From assembly GCA_965220085.1 (NCBI GenBank), contig CBDCOZ010000001.1:96001-160000 (forward strand): a DNA stretch of 64,000 bases. Reading direction: 5' to 3'. The stretch is from Candidatus Oxydemutatoraceae bacterium. Lineage in GTDB: Bacteria > Pseudomonadota > Gammaproteobacteria > Poriferisulfidales > Oxydemutatoraceae. The stretch's first letter is position 1. Each line of letters opens with the position of its first letter. The notes under the pieces were generated by a model. The model ran no database searches. It saw only the letters and a list, made by a program, of their open reading frames with translations, and had not been told where the DNA came from. Positions 1 to 9,722 of the stretch are shown here, one piece after another. The position numbers and the translations under genes were made by a program.

Positions 1-115
1 CGAATTGCGCCCAGCGCTCGGTCAGGGCGCGGCGTTGTGCGGTTGTGAGACGATTGCGCGAGACATAGGAGCGGATGTGTGGCCGGCCTCTGGCGGCGGT
101 TTCTGCGTTCATGGA

Positions 116-910
116 TTAAAAGAACAAGTCCTCGTCCGGCGAGGAGGCGGATGCAAAGCGACGCTTTGGCATGCGCCCGGCAAGCCATGCTTCGCGCCCG
201 GCTATGACAGCCTTCTTCATCGCGCTCGCCATCAGCGGCGGGTTTTGCGCTTGGGCGATGGCGGTGTTCATCAGCACGCCGTCGCAACCGAGTTCCATCG
301 CGATGGCGGCGTCCGAAGCGGTGCCGACACCGGCGTCAACGATGACCGGCAACGATGCATTCTCAACGATCGTCGCGATGTTATAGGGGTTGCGAATCCC
401 GAGCCCGGAACCGATCGGCGCGGCCAGCGGCATGATGGCGATACAGCCGATGTCTTCCAAGCGCCGCGCCGTAATCGGGTCGTCGTTGGTATAGACCATC
501 ACGTCAAAGCCGTCGGCTGCCAACTCGGCGGCGGCGGCGAGGGTTTGTGATACATCGGGGAAGAGCGTTCTCTCATCGCCGAGGACTTCCAGCTTGACCA
601 GCCGCTTGCCGTTTAACAACTCGCGCGCGAGGCGGCAAGTGCGTATCGCGTCGGCGGCGGTGTGGCAGCCGGCGGTGTTGGGAAGCACGACGCATTGCGG
701 CGGCAGGATGTCGAGCATGTTCGGTTGCGTTGTGTCTTGGCCGAGATTGGCGCGACGTATGGCGACTGTGACGATTTCTGCGCCGGAATTTTTGATCGCG
801 GCCTGCGCCAGTTCGGCATCGGCGTATTTGCCGGTGCCGACCAGCAGACGCGAGCGGAAGGTCTGTCCGGCGATGACAAGCGGCGCGTCGTTGCGTACTG
901 TGTCGGCCAT
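116..910 (-). CDS. thiG: Thiazole synthase
   Basis: [34 protein letters not shown] and [10 protein letters not shown] motifs; start set at MADTV (ATG 910), just downstream of thiS. Confidence 0.96.
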   Translation of the reverse strand: MADTVRNDAPLVIAGQTFRSRLLVGTGKYADAELAQAAIKNSGAEIVTVAIRRANLGQDTTQPNMLDILPPQCVVLPNTAGCHTAADAIRTCRLARELLNGKRLVKLEVLGDERTLFPDVSQTLAAAAELAADGFDVMVYTNDDPITARRLEDIGCIAIMPLAAPIGSGLGIRNPYNIATIVENASLPVIVDAGVGTASDAAIAMELGCDGVLMNTAIAQAQNPPLMASAMKKAVIAGREAWLAGRMPKRRFASASSPDEDLFF

Positions 911-918
911 CGCGATGC

Positions 919-1119
919 TCAGCCTCCGCCGACCGCTTCGATGATCTCTATGCGGTCGCCTTCCGCCAGCGGTGTGCAATGGCGTTTGCCCGCCGGAATG
1001 ATCTCAAGATTTACTTCAATCGCTATCTTGCGATCGGTCAGCGCAAGGCGCGCGATCAAGTCGGCGAGCGTCGTACCGCCGCCGAAGTCGCGTTGTTTGC
1101 CATTAACGATAATTTTCAC
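919..1119 (-). CDS. thiS: Sulfur carrier protein ThiS
   Basis: 66 aa, IxVNG start and C-terminal VGGG; adjacent to thiG. Confidence 0.95.
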   Translation of the reverse strand: MKIIVNGKQRDFGGGTTLADLIARLALTDRKIAIEVNLEIIPAGKRHCTPLAEGDRIEIIEAVGGG

Positions 1120-2398
1120 GGATGACCTCTTTTATCGCGCCGCATAATTGCGATAGTTGCGCATCGCTTATTGTATAAGGCGGCATGATATAAACAAGGT
1201 TTCTAAACGGTCGTATCCACACGCCGCGCGCAACGAAAGCATCGCAGAATGTCCGCGGCACGGGATCTGTCGTTTCCACTGCGCCGATCGCGCCTTTCAC
1301 CCGCACATCGCTTACGCCGGGCAGCGTCTTCAAGTCGCCGAGTTCGGTTTGCAGCCGCCGCTCGAGGGCTTTGATGCGCTTGCGCCAGCCGCTCGCCTTA
1401 AGCAGGTCAATGTTGGCGGCGGCGACCGCACAGGCGAGCGGGTTGCCCATGTAAGTGGGGCCGTGTGCGAGCAAACCCGGCTCGCCGCTGTCTATCGTGT
1501 CGGCGACCGCATCGCTTGTGATCGTCGCCGCCATGCTCATATAGCCTGCGGTCAGGGATTTGCCGACGCAGAGGATGTCCGGGATACAGCGCTGTGCGTG
1601 TTCAAAGGCGAACATCTCGCCGCTGCGTCCGAATCCTGTCGCGATCTCATCCAGAATCAGCAACACGTCATACTCATTACATAAGTCCTGTACGTAGTCC
1701 AGATACTGCGGCGCGTATATCCGCATCCCGCCGGCGCCCTGTACGACGGGTTCAAGGATGACTGCGGCGATGTGGTCGTGGTGTTCTGCCAAGCGCTGTT
1801 TGATGCTGTTGTGCGCCGCTTCATCCGCAGTGTCACCGCATTGCGGTGCGCGCACAAATAGCTGTTGCGGCAATGTGTCCTTGAACATATGGTGCATGCC
1901 ATTGACCGGGTCACAGAGTGACATGGCGGCGAAGGTGTCGCCGTGATAGCCGTACTCCAGCGCGACGAAGCGCTTGCGCTGCGCTTGTCCGCGCGCGAAC
2001 TGGTACTGCAGCGCCATCTTGACGGCGACCTCCACCGCGACCGATCCCGAGTCACAGTAGAAAATGCGTCTCAGCTTTTGCGGCAGCAAGGCGTGCAGTC
2101 TTTGCCCGAGCGCGACTGCCGGCGGGTGGGTCAGGCCGCCGAACATGACGTGTGCCATGCGTCCGGCTTGTTGCGTCAGCGCAGCGTTTAATACGGGGTG
2201 GTTGTAGCCGTGAATCGCCGCCCACCACGATGACATGCCATCAATCAATTGCCGTCCGTCCGCCAGCTCCAGCAGACAACCGGCGGCGGCGACTACCGGA
2301 TAAGTATTGCTGTTGTCGCGTGACGGGCTGTACGGGTGCCACAGGTAATCGTGGTCAAATGCCGCCATGGATGGGTCAAAAGGAACCTTGGACGACAT
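1103..2398 (-). CDS. bioA: Adenosylmethionine-8-amino-7-oxononanoate aminotransferase
   Basis: LWHPY, DGMSSWWAAIHGY, DSGSVAVEVAVKMA, YHGDT, DEIATGFGR and PLP lysine in VGKSLT. Confidence 0.95.
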   Translation of the reverse strand: MSSKVPFDPSMAAFDHDYLWHPYSPSRDNSNTYPVVAAAGCLLELADGRQLIDGMSSWWAAIHGYNHPVLNAALTQQAGRMAHVMFGGLTHPPAVALGQRLHALLPQKLRRIFYCDSGSVAVEVAVKMALQYQFARGQAQRKRFVALEYGYHGDTFAAMSLCDPVNGMHHMFKDTLPQQLFVRAPQCGDTADEAAHNSIKQRLAEHHDHIAAVILEPVVQGAGGMRIYAPQYLDYVQDLCNEYDVLLILDEIATGFGRSGEMFAFEHAQRCIPDILCVGKSLTAGYMSMAATITSDAVADTIDSGEPGLLAHGPTYMGNPLACAVAAANIDLLKASGWRKRIKALERRLQTELGDLKTLPGVSDVRVKGAIGAVETTDPVPRTFCDAFVARGVWIRPFRNLVYIMPPYTISDAQLSQLCGAIKEVIRENYR

Positions 2399-2407
2399 CT
2401 TCGGGTT

Positions 2408-2797
2408 TTATGAGTCGGAGAGTGGCGGGTGATAAATGATTTGTACCTGATTACCCGCGGGATCGCGGCAGTAGAAACTGCGGGCGCCGTCGCGGTGAGA
2501 TTTCGGGGCGACATCTATTGTCACTCCGTGTTGCGACAGGAAGGTATGCCAGCAGTCAACGTCTTCGGGTTGTTTGACGATAATGCCCAAGTGGTCTAAT
2601 GCGCCGTCTGCGCTGACTGTGTTTGCCCGGTGCAGGGCGAGGTTGTCGGAACCGGAGGTCAGATACAGATTGTCATCATCGGGGCGCCATTCAACCTTGA
2701 AGCCGAGCAGGTCGGCATAGAACTTTTCGCAACTCGCAAGGTCGACAACATTCAGCGCCACATGGTGCATGCCGAGCATGGCCGGGCGTTTATTCAT
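2408..2797 (-). CDS. VOC/glyoxalase family protein
   Basis: HHVALNV...LDHLGI...FYCRDPAGN motifs. Confidence 0.85.
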   Translation of the reverse strand: MNKRPAMLGMHHVALNVVDLASCEKFYADLLGFKVEWRPDDDNLYLTSGSDNLALHRANTVSADGALDHLGIIVKQPEDVDCWHTFLSQHGVTIDVAPKSHRDGARSFYCRDPAGNQVQIIYHPPLSDS

Positions 2798-3209
2798 CGT
2801 TGATAATCTCGTAGTCCCACTCTATGACGGCGCTTTTTTCCAGCATCTTGGCAACCGATGACAGCTGTGTCGCCGACAAGGCTACGGCTTTGGCGACTGC
2901 GGCATCTTCTACATTGTGCCCGCTGACGATGAAGTGTCCCTTTATGTTTGTGAACACCGTCGGTGCGCTGTCAGCGCGGCTTGCTTGCAGTTTGAGTTCA
3001 ACGGAGCTTACTTCCTGTTTTGCATCCCGTAGCAATTTAACAATATCAAAGCTGCTGCAGCCGCCTAATCCGGCCAGTACCAGTTCCATCGGCCGCGGGG
3101 CCAGATTGCGTCCGCCCGCCTCCGGTGCGCCGTCCATTGTTATCGTGTGGCCGGAACCTGTCTCAGCATTGAAGGACATATTGCCGACCCATTTAATCTG
3201 TGCTTCCAT
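2790..3209 (-). CDS. OsmC/YhfA family protein
   Basis: SGHTITMDG, PRPMELVLAGLGGCSSFD. Confidence 0.85.
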   Translation of the reverse strand: MEAQIKWVGNMSFNAETGSGHTITMDGAPEAGGRNLAPRPMELVLAGLGGCSSFDIVKLLRDAKQEVSSVELKLQASRADSAPTVFTNIKGHFIVSGHNVEDAAVAKAVALSATQLSSVAKMLEKSAVIEWDYEIINDE

Positions 3210-3215
3210 ATCGTT

Positions 3216-4169
3216 TTATGCCGATACCGGTTTGATGTTGCGCAACTCGCGCGGTAGCGGAAAGGAAACATTCTCTTTTTCTCCATCCCACTCAATGACC
3301 TCGGATGCACCGAGCGTTTTCAGTTTTTCAATCATCGTTTTGACCAGCGCCTCGGGCGCCGAAGCGCCCGCCGACAAACCGATGTTTTTTTTGCCTTGAA
3401 GCCAGCGGGGGTTTATTTCGTCGGGGCCGTCTACCAGATATGCGTCAATGCCGAATTTTAGCGGAATCTCATACAGGCGGTTTGAGTTTGAGCTGTTGTG
3501 CGATCCGATGATGATAATCAGGTCACAAACTTTGACCAGTTGCTTGATGGCATTCTGCCTGTTTTGGGTGGCGTAGCAGATGTCGTCTTTGCGCGGTGCC
3601 CGAATGTGCGGGAAGCGTTGCAGCAACACGGCGACAATGTCTTTTGTGTCGTCAACAGACAGTGTCGTCTGCGTGACATATGCGATTCGTTGCGGGTCTT
3701 TAATCTCAATGTTGCGGGCATCGTCAACCGATTCGACCAGATATATTTTCCCTTTGCCATGCTCATCGTATTGTCCCATTGTGCCGTCAACTTCCGGGTG
3801 GCCGTGGTGACCGATGAGGATGGAGTCTATGCCTTCGCGGCTGTTTCTGGCGACTTCAATATGGACTTTTGTGACCAGCGGGCAGGTGGCATCGAGCACT
3901 TTGAGTTTGCGTTGTTCGGCTTCCTTGCGCACGCTTTGGGAGACGCCGTGGGCGCTGAAGATGACGATGCTGCCGTCGGGAACGTCTTCCAAGTCTTCAA
4001 TAAAAATAGCGCCCTTCTCTTTCAAACTATTGACGACATACACATTGTGGACCACTTCGTGGCGGACATAAATCGGCGGCGGAAACACTTCAAGCGCGTT
4101 TTCAACGACTGCGATTGCCCGGTCGACTCCGGCACAGAAACCGCGGGGATTGGCGAGCAGAACCTTCAT
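3216..4169 (-). CDS. ispH: 4-hydroxy-3-methylbut-2-enyl diphosphate reductase
   Basis: [31 protein letters not shown]. Confidence 0.97.
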   Translation of the reverse strand: MKVLLANPRGFCAGVDRAIAVVENALEVFPPPIYVRHEVVHNVYVVNSLKEKGAIFIEDLEDVPDGSIVIFSAHGVSQSVRKEAEQRKLKVLDATCPLVTKVHIEVARNSREGIDSILIGHHGHPEVDGTMGQYDEHGKGKIYLVESVDDARNIEIKDPQRIAYVTQTTLSVDDTKDIVAVLLQRFPHIRAPRKDDICYATQNRQNAIKQLVKVCDLIIIIGSHNSSNSNRLYEIPLKFGIDAYLVDGPDEINPRWLQGKKNIGLSAGASAPEALVKTMIEKLKTLGASEVIEWDGEKENVSFPLPRELRNIKPVSA

Positions 4170-4267
4170 AGGGTGATTATATAAGAAGCCGGGCGATGCG
4201 GTGTCGGCCGCAACAACTCATGACGGTTTTCACGTCGGGCGATGTCTTTTGGGGGGCGGGATATATA

Positions 4268-5134
4268 ATGTTTCTCGGGATATGTCCCCAAGGGCGGAAG
4301 ATGCTATTTCTGGCAGACCATAATCATAAAGTCATCGTCGGGTGGAGCCGAAAATGCGGCTGTACCAATGTCAAATTACTGTTCAAGATATATGCGGGTA
4401 CTTTTACGCACCGGGCTGATATACACCTTGATGCCTCCCATGCCTTCCCGCCGCAAGCGATGAACTCCGGGGAATGGCGCAAAATATTGATTATCCGCGA
4501 CCCATACCAAAGAGTCGTATCGGGTTTTCTTGAGAGATATTGTTCCCCGAATCGGAATTTCGTAACTGCGATGCTCAGAGCAATGGCGACGGATTTCAGG
4601 TTGATTTTTAAGCAAGGTAAAAAAGCAAAAAAGAAACACCCTATGTTGCGAGCCCTTCGCTATGTAATCAGGGATGCATTTGATGCCGGCCCGATAGTGA
4701 AATCTATGACATTTGCCGAGTTTGTTGATTCGTTGTGCAAGGGAGAAGAAGCGGTGAACTATGCGAAGGATCATTTTGAACCTCAGATGGGCGGCAAGTG
4801 GCGGGCGGACATTCATTTTGACAAGATATTTGATGTCGGGGATATAGGCTATAATCTTTTGGAATTCTTAAACACGGTTTTTAACAAGAACCTGCGCCGG
4901 GAAGACATCAAATTTTTCTCCGGACACCACACGAACTATGGCAGCGCGAAGCGCTTCCCGGCGTGGAAATTGAGCAACAGGCAGTTGAGCAAGATGGAAA
5001 AATACCCGCACTATGGCGATTTTTTCTATCTCAACGAAGAGCTTGCCGGAAAAGTTCGCGAGTTCTACCGCAAGGATTTTGAATATTTCCGGGCGAATGG
5101 ATTTAATTACACTCTGGAAGGAATGCTGAAATGA
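4268..5134 (+). CDS. Sulfotransferase family 2 protein
   Basis: PAPS-binding-like motifs RKCGCT and IIRDPYQRVVSGF, plus HFEPQ and FYRKDFEYF; lower GC than flanks; start uncertain (4268 or 4301). Confidence 0.7.
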   Translation: MFLGICPQGRKMLFLADHNHKVIVGWSRKCGCTNVKLLFKIYAGTFTHRADIHLDASHAFPPQAMNSGEWRKILIIRDPYQRVVSGFLERYCSPNRNFVTAMLRAMATDFRLIFKQGKKAKKKHPMLRALRYVIRDAFDAGPIVKSMTFAEFVDSLCKGEEAVNYAKDHFEPQMGGKWRADIHFDKIFDVGDIGYNLLEFLNTVFNKNLRREDIKFFSGHHTNYGSAKRFPAWKLSNRQLSKMEKYPHYGDFFYLNEELAGKVREFYRKDFEYFRANGFNYTLEGMLK

Positions 5135-6228
5135 AAAGAAGACATTTTGTTGGTCAAGCGACAGCGGGCGTGTTGCTAGGAGGTGGCATGGTCGGCTGCG
5201 ACAATGCCCGACAGGAGTCATCCGCTGCTAAGTCGGATAATAAAAAATACCGCTGGAAAATGGTCACTTCATGGCCGAAGAACTTCCCCGGTTTGGGTAC
5301 CGGCGCCGAACGTCTTGCAAAGACTATTGAAACGCTGTCCGACGGCCGGTTGACTGTCAAGGTATACGGCGCCGGCGAGTTAGTCCCCGCCTTGGAGGTG
5401 TTTGATGCGGTGCACAGCGGGGCCGCACAGATGGGGCATTCGGCGGCGTATTACTGGCAAGGCAAGGACCCCGCTTTTAACTTCTTTACGACGATTCCTT
5501 TCGGCATGACCGTCATGGAAATGAACGCCTGGCTTTATCAGGGCGGCGGTTTGAAATTATGGCAGGAGTTGTACCGGCCGTTTGGAGTGATACCGTTTCC
5601 GGCGGGCAACACCGGTATGCAGATGGCGGGATGGTTTAACCGCGAAATTAAAAGTGTCGAAGATTTTAAGGGACTTAAAATGCGCATGCCGGGGCTTGGC
5701 GGCAAGGTGCTCGAGCGGATGGGAGGGGTGCCGGTCAATCTGCCGGGCGGCGAGTTGTTCATCGCGATGCAAACCGGCACGATCGATGCGACCGAATGGG
5801 CGACGCCGTATAACGATCTGGCGTTGGGTCTGTACAAAGTCGCGAAGCATTACTACTACCCGGGTTGGCACGAGCCCGGCCCGGCGCTCGAATGCTCGGT
5901 CAATCAAAAGGCGTTTGAAGGATTGCCGCCGGACTTGCAAGAAGTCGTGCGCGCGGCGTGCTATGTGGCCAATACCGAGATTGCGGCCGAGTATATCGCG
6001 AACAATTACGATGCGATGGAGGTTTTGGAGAAAGAGCACGGCGTCAATATATTGCCTTTGCCGGACGATGTGATTGAGAAACTGCGCGCGCTTTCGGCGG
6101 ATGTGGTGCGCGAAGCGGTCGCCGACAGCCCTTTCGGCCAACGGGCTTATGCCGCATATCTGGAGTTCCAGAAGAAAGTTGCGGCGTGGCATAAGGTGTC
6201 CGAAGGCAACTATTTCTCGCTAAGATAA
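5131..6228 (+). CDS. dctP: TRAP transporter substrate-binding protein (DctP/TakP-like), Tat-type signal
   Basis: KRRHFV leader, WKMVTSWP, GNTGMQMAGWF, GLKMRMPG, YYYPGWHEP. Confidence 0.9.
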   Translation: MKRRHFVGQATAGVLLGGGMVGCDNARQESSAAKSDNKKYRWKMVTSWPKNFPGLGTGAERLAKTIETLSDGRLTVKVYGAGELVPALEVFDAVHSGAAQMGHSAAYYWQGKDPAFNFFTTIPFGMTVMEMNAWLYQGGGLKLWQELYRPFGVIPFPAGNTGMQMAGWFNREIKSVEDFKGLKMRMPGLGGKVLERMGGVPVNLPGGELFIAMQTGTIDATEWATPYNDLALGLYKVAKHYYYPGWHEPGPALECSVNQKAFEGLPPDLQEVVRAACYVANTEIAAEYIANNYDAMEVLEKEHGVNILPLPDDVIEKLRALSADVVREAVADSPFGQRAYAAYLEFQKKVAAWHKVSEGNYFSLR

Positions 6229-6270
6229 TATCCGCCCGCAGCGTTGCCGCGCTTGCAACCGGGCGGGTAT
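6229..6270. terminator. Hairpin between convergent dctP and dctM
   Basis: Imperfect stem tatccgcccg...gttgc/gcaac...cgggcgggtat. Confidence 0.5.
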
Positions 6271-7629
6271 CTACTTCAGCAGCAACGACGGCAACCAGGT
6301 AACGAGTTGCGGCCAGACGCTTAAAATCAGCAGCGTGAACACCTGCAGGCCGATGAACGGAATGACTCCCTTGTATATCTGCCGGGTTGCGACGCTTGGC
6401 GGCGCCACTCCGCGCAGGTAAAACAGTGAAAACCCGAAGGGCGGCGTCAGGAACGATGTTTGCAGATTGATAGCGATCATGATCGCAAGCCAGAGCGGGT
6501 CCGCTCCCAGTATGATCAGGCTGGGGCCTACGATGGGCACGATGATGAAAGTGATCTCTATGAAATCAAGGATGAAGCCGAGCAAAAACATCATCAGCAT
6601 GACAAGCAACATCGCCGTGAGCAGGCCGCCGGGAAGGTTGGACAACATATCGTGAATCAAATCATCGCCGCCAAATCCTCTGAATACAAGCGAGAAGAAG
6701 CTCGCACCAATCAGTATCATGAATACCATGCAACTGATTTTGACAGTGGTGCGGCATACCTCGCCGATGATTGAGCGTGACGTTAATTTCTTGAGATAAG
6801 CCAGTAGCAGTGATCCCACCGCTCCCACGGCGGCGGCTTCTGTCGGTGTTGCAGCGCCGCTTAGTATGGAACCGAGCACACCGGTAATCAATAGCAACGG
6901 TGCTACCAGAGCGCTGAGAATTCTTTTGAGGTCTATCGGGCTTGCATTTTGATGGGGGGGAGCAAGCGAAGGTTTGAAATATGCCATGGCAAACAATAAT
7001 GCGATGTAAAGGCCGACCAGGATAAATCCCGGTATGATTGCGCCTGCAAAAAGATCTGCGACCGAAATGGTATCGGGGGCGAACAAGCCCTGCATCAGTT
7101 GCGCTTGTTGGTATGCCGAGGACATGACTTCGCCGAGCAATACCAATACGATGGAAGGGGGGATGATCTGTCCGAGCGTGCCCGAAGCGCAGATCGTTCC
7201 GCAGGTGAGCGCGGGGTCGTAGTTGCGTTTGATCATCGCCGGCAAAGACAACAGCCCCATCGTGGTTACGGTCGCGCCGACAATACCCGTGCTCGCCGCC
7301 AGTATCGCGCCGATGACGACGACCGAGATGGCGAGACCGCCGCGCACTTTCTTCAGCAAGTCGGCGCCGGCCAGAAGCAATTCGTCGGCGATATGGGTCT
7401 TTTGCAATACCACTCCCATAAAGATAAACAACGGCACGGCGATCAACGTGCCGTTGATGAGAATGCCGTGGATGCGCGCGGGCAAAGCGTAGAGCAAACT
7501 GAACTCAAGGGCGCCGGTTGCGACCCCCGCCAGCGCAAACAATAACGAGACCCCGGCCAAGGTAAAAGCGACCGGATAGCCGGCCATGATCACGATGACG
7601 ATTGTCAGAAACAGCAGAATGGCCGTCAT
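6271..7629 (-). CDS. dctM: TRAP transporter large permease
   Basis: GYPVAFTL, LIAVPLFIFMG, GTLGQIIPPS, NLQTSFLTPPFG; start at MTAILLF. Confidence 0.92.
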   Translation of the reverse strand: MTAILLFLTIVIVIMAGYPVAFTLAGVSLLFALAGVATGALEFSLLYALPARIHGILINGTLIAVPLFIFMGVVLQKTHIADELLLAGADLLKKVRGGLAISVVVIGAILAASTGIVGATVTTMGLLSLPAMIKRNYDPALTCGTICASGTLGQIIPPSIVLVLLGEVMSSAYQQAQLMQGLFAPDTISVADLFAGAIIPGFILVGLYIALLFAMAYFKPSLAPPHQNASPIDLKRILSALVAPLLLITGVLGSILSGAATPTEAAAVGAVGSLLLAYLKKLTSRSIIGEVCRTTVKISCMVFMILIGASFFSLVFRGFGGDDLIHDMLSNLPGGLLTAMLLVMLMMFLLGFILDFIEITFIIVPIVGPSLIILGADPLWLAIMIAINLQTSFLTPPFGFSLFYLRGVAPPSVATRQIYKGVIPFIGLQVFTLLILSVWPQLVTWLPSLLLK

Positions 7630-8120
7630 TTTTTCATGTCGCGCAGTTTGAGCAGACAGCGAACGCTGTCGGATATGCCATGGATTATCAGCAACAGCGC
7701 CATCGCCAACGGCAGCGATTTGATGACGAACACAAACGGCAGCCCGCCTGTTTCCGCCGACTTCTCCAATACCTGCCATGAGATGAACGCGTAATCCCAA
7801 CTGGCAATCAGGATCGCAAGGCACACCGGAATCAGAAACAGCCAGTGTCCGACGAGGTTTATCCATGTCCGTCGCCGCTCGCCAAAGCCCTGATAAAAAA
7901 TATCGACGCGCACATGTTCGTCGTGTTTCATCGTATAACCCATGCACAGGGTCAGGATGATGACATGCAGATAGGTCGTTACTTCCTGAATATCGACTCG
8001 GCCGTAATTGAAAACATACCGCAGCACTACGACCGCAAATGTGGCGAATACCATCGCCACCATCAACCGCGATACGGCGCGGCCGAGCCGTTCGTTAATC
8101 TGTTTCAGGTGTCGTAGCAT
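7626..8120 (-). CDS. dctQ: TRAP transporter small permease
   Basis: VVLRYVF and HVRVDIFY motifs, four hydrophobic segments. Confidence 0.9.
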   Translation of the reverse strand: MLRHLKQINERLGRAVSRLMVAMVFATFAVVVLRYVFNYGRVDIQEVTTYLHVIILTLCMGYTMKHDEHVRVDIFYQGFGERRRTWINLVGHWLFLIPVCLAILIASWDYAFISWQVLEKSAETGGLPFVFVIKSLPLAMALLLIIHGISDSVRCLLKLRDMKK

Positions 8121-9081
8121 GCAATTTTACAAACAGCGGCGGGTTGTGTCGGCAGTCGCGCAGGATGTGTTTGAATGTGTCGGGGTCTTTGCAGGCGGCA
8201 ATCTGCTCTTTGCCGGGGGCGAAGCGGTAATGCAGGCGCAGCACCCAGAAGCGCAACGCCGTGCGGCGCATGACATCTTGCCACATATCGCATTCGTTTT
8301 GAGCGAAGGGCCGGCGCTCGCGGTAGCCCTCAAGCAGCGCGTCCTGGCGCTCGCCGTTGATCGAGAGGTCGTCGTTTCTGCACCAGTCGTTGACGGCGAC
8401 CGCCACATCGCAGAGCAGCGTGCCGTAGCAGGCGTAGTAGAAGTCTATCACCCCGCTCAAGGTGTCTCCGGCAAACAGCGCGTTGTCGCGAAACAAGTCG
8501 CCGTGGATGGTGCCGTGAGGCAGGACACTCAAGTCGCATTGCTTTTGGTAATCTATTTCCGACAGCAACAGTTCTTGATCCGCCGCGCTCAGCGTTGAGA
8601 GCATCATGTTCGCTTGCCGCCGACACCATTCAATGCTGTTGCTGTTGGCCCGCCGCGGTTCAAACGTACGCGTTGCGTTGTGTATCGAGGCGAGCGTCTC
8701 GCCGACGTGACGGCACTGCTTGGCATTGGGCCTGGCGGCATGGATCGTTTTGCCGTCCAAGCAGGTGATCAATGCGACCGGCTTATCGGCGTATTGGCCG
8801 AGGCGCTCGCCTTTGCGGTTGGCGATGGGGCGGGGGCACGGGATGCCGGCCCGCTCCAGGTGCGCCATCAGGTCAAGATAATACGGCAACTCCGCCCGTT
8901 GCAGCGATTCAAACACGGTCAGCACATAGCGTCCGTCATTGGGCCCGCCATCGGTGTTGACGAAGTAATTGGTGTTTTCCACCCCTTCGCTGGTGGCGGC
9001 AAAAGAAAGCAACCGCCCGGTCGGGTATGGTTCAAGCAAGCGGATGAGGTCTTGTTTGGGAATGGCGGTGTAAACGGACAT
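8095..9081 (-). CDS. thrB: Homoserine kinase type II
   Basis: MSVYT, EGVENTNY, IHGDLFRDN, IDFYYAC. Confidence 0.92.
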   Translation of the reverse strand: MSVYTAIPKQDLIRLLEPYPTGRLLSFAATSEGVENTNYFVNTDGGPNDGRYVLTVFESLQRAELPYYLDLMAHLERAGIPCPRPIANRKGERLGQYADKPVALITCLDGKTIHAARPNAKQCRHVGETLASIHNATRTFEPRRANSNSIEWCRRQANMMLSTLSAADQELLLSEIDYQKQCDLSVLPHGTIHGDLFRDNALFAGDTLSGVIDFYYACYGTLLCDVAVAVNDWCRNDDLSINGERQDALLEGYRERRPFAQNECDMWQDVMRRTALRFWVLRLHYRFAPGKEQIAACKDPDTFKHILRDCRHNPPLFVKLHATTPETD

Positions 9082-9294
9082 GATTCGGAGTTCGCAGATT
9101 GCGCAAATATTATATAAGAAAATGCGAGGGCGCGTCTTGGCTGTGCGGCGTGAGCCAAGGTTCGTATCGTTTTATCTGCGATAAACCGTTATAAATGTAT
9201 TGCATTCATGCGGTTTGGGTGGCTGGGCTATAATGAACCGCTCTATGGTTCGCTACTGTTGAGCGCACATGATCGGTAACACTGTTTTTCATCT

Positions 9295-9690
9295 ATGTTT
9301 GGTTTCAAAAGACAACGCATAACCCGCGAACTGTTGTTGCGCATCATGGCGTGCTTTGCGCCGGTGCAAGATGCGATAGGCAATGTTCCGGTTGCGATAC
9401 AGAGCGATGTGCGGGTGCTGGCGGCGCTGTATGCGGTGATTTACTCATCGCTTGCGGCAGAAGGTATCGATGCCGAATCCGACCGGCGGATTGTAACCGA
9501 CCGCATATTTGACGAGATTTTCCGTCGCGAAGCGACCGCTGTTCTCAAGCGTTGCGATCGATTGCTGGCCGAGAAGGACGGCGACTTTCGCCGCGTCTTT
9601 GAAACGAACTGCTCCAACCAGAGCGCGCTTGACGAACTCGCGAGCTATGTCGATCAGAATTATGAGAGGCAGGAATATCGCGACCTGTAA
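9295..9690 (+). CDS. Hypothetical protein
   Basis: 131-aa ORF directly upstream of polA, no recognisable motif. Confidence 0.6.
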   Translation: MFGFKRQRITRELLLRIMACFAPVQDAIGNVPVAIQSDVRVLAALYAVIYSSLAAEGIDAESDRRIVTDRIFDEIFRREATAVLKRCDRLLAEKDGDFRRVFETNCSNQSALDELASYVDQNYERQEYRDL

Positions 9691-9722
9691 CCGGTGCGCG
9701 GGGAGAAGGCAGTTTTTCGGAC

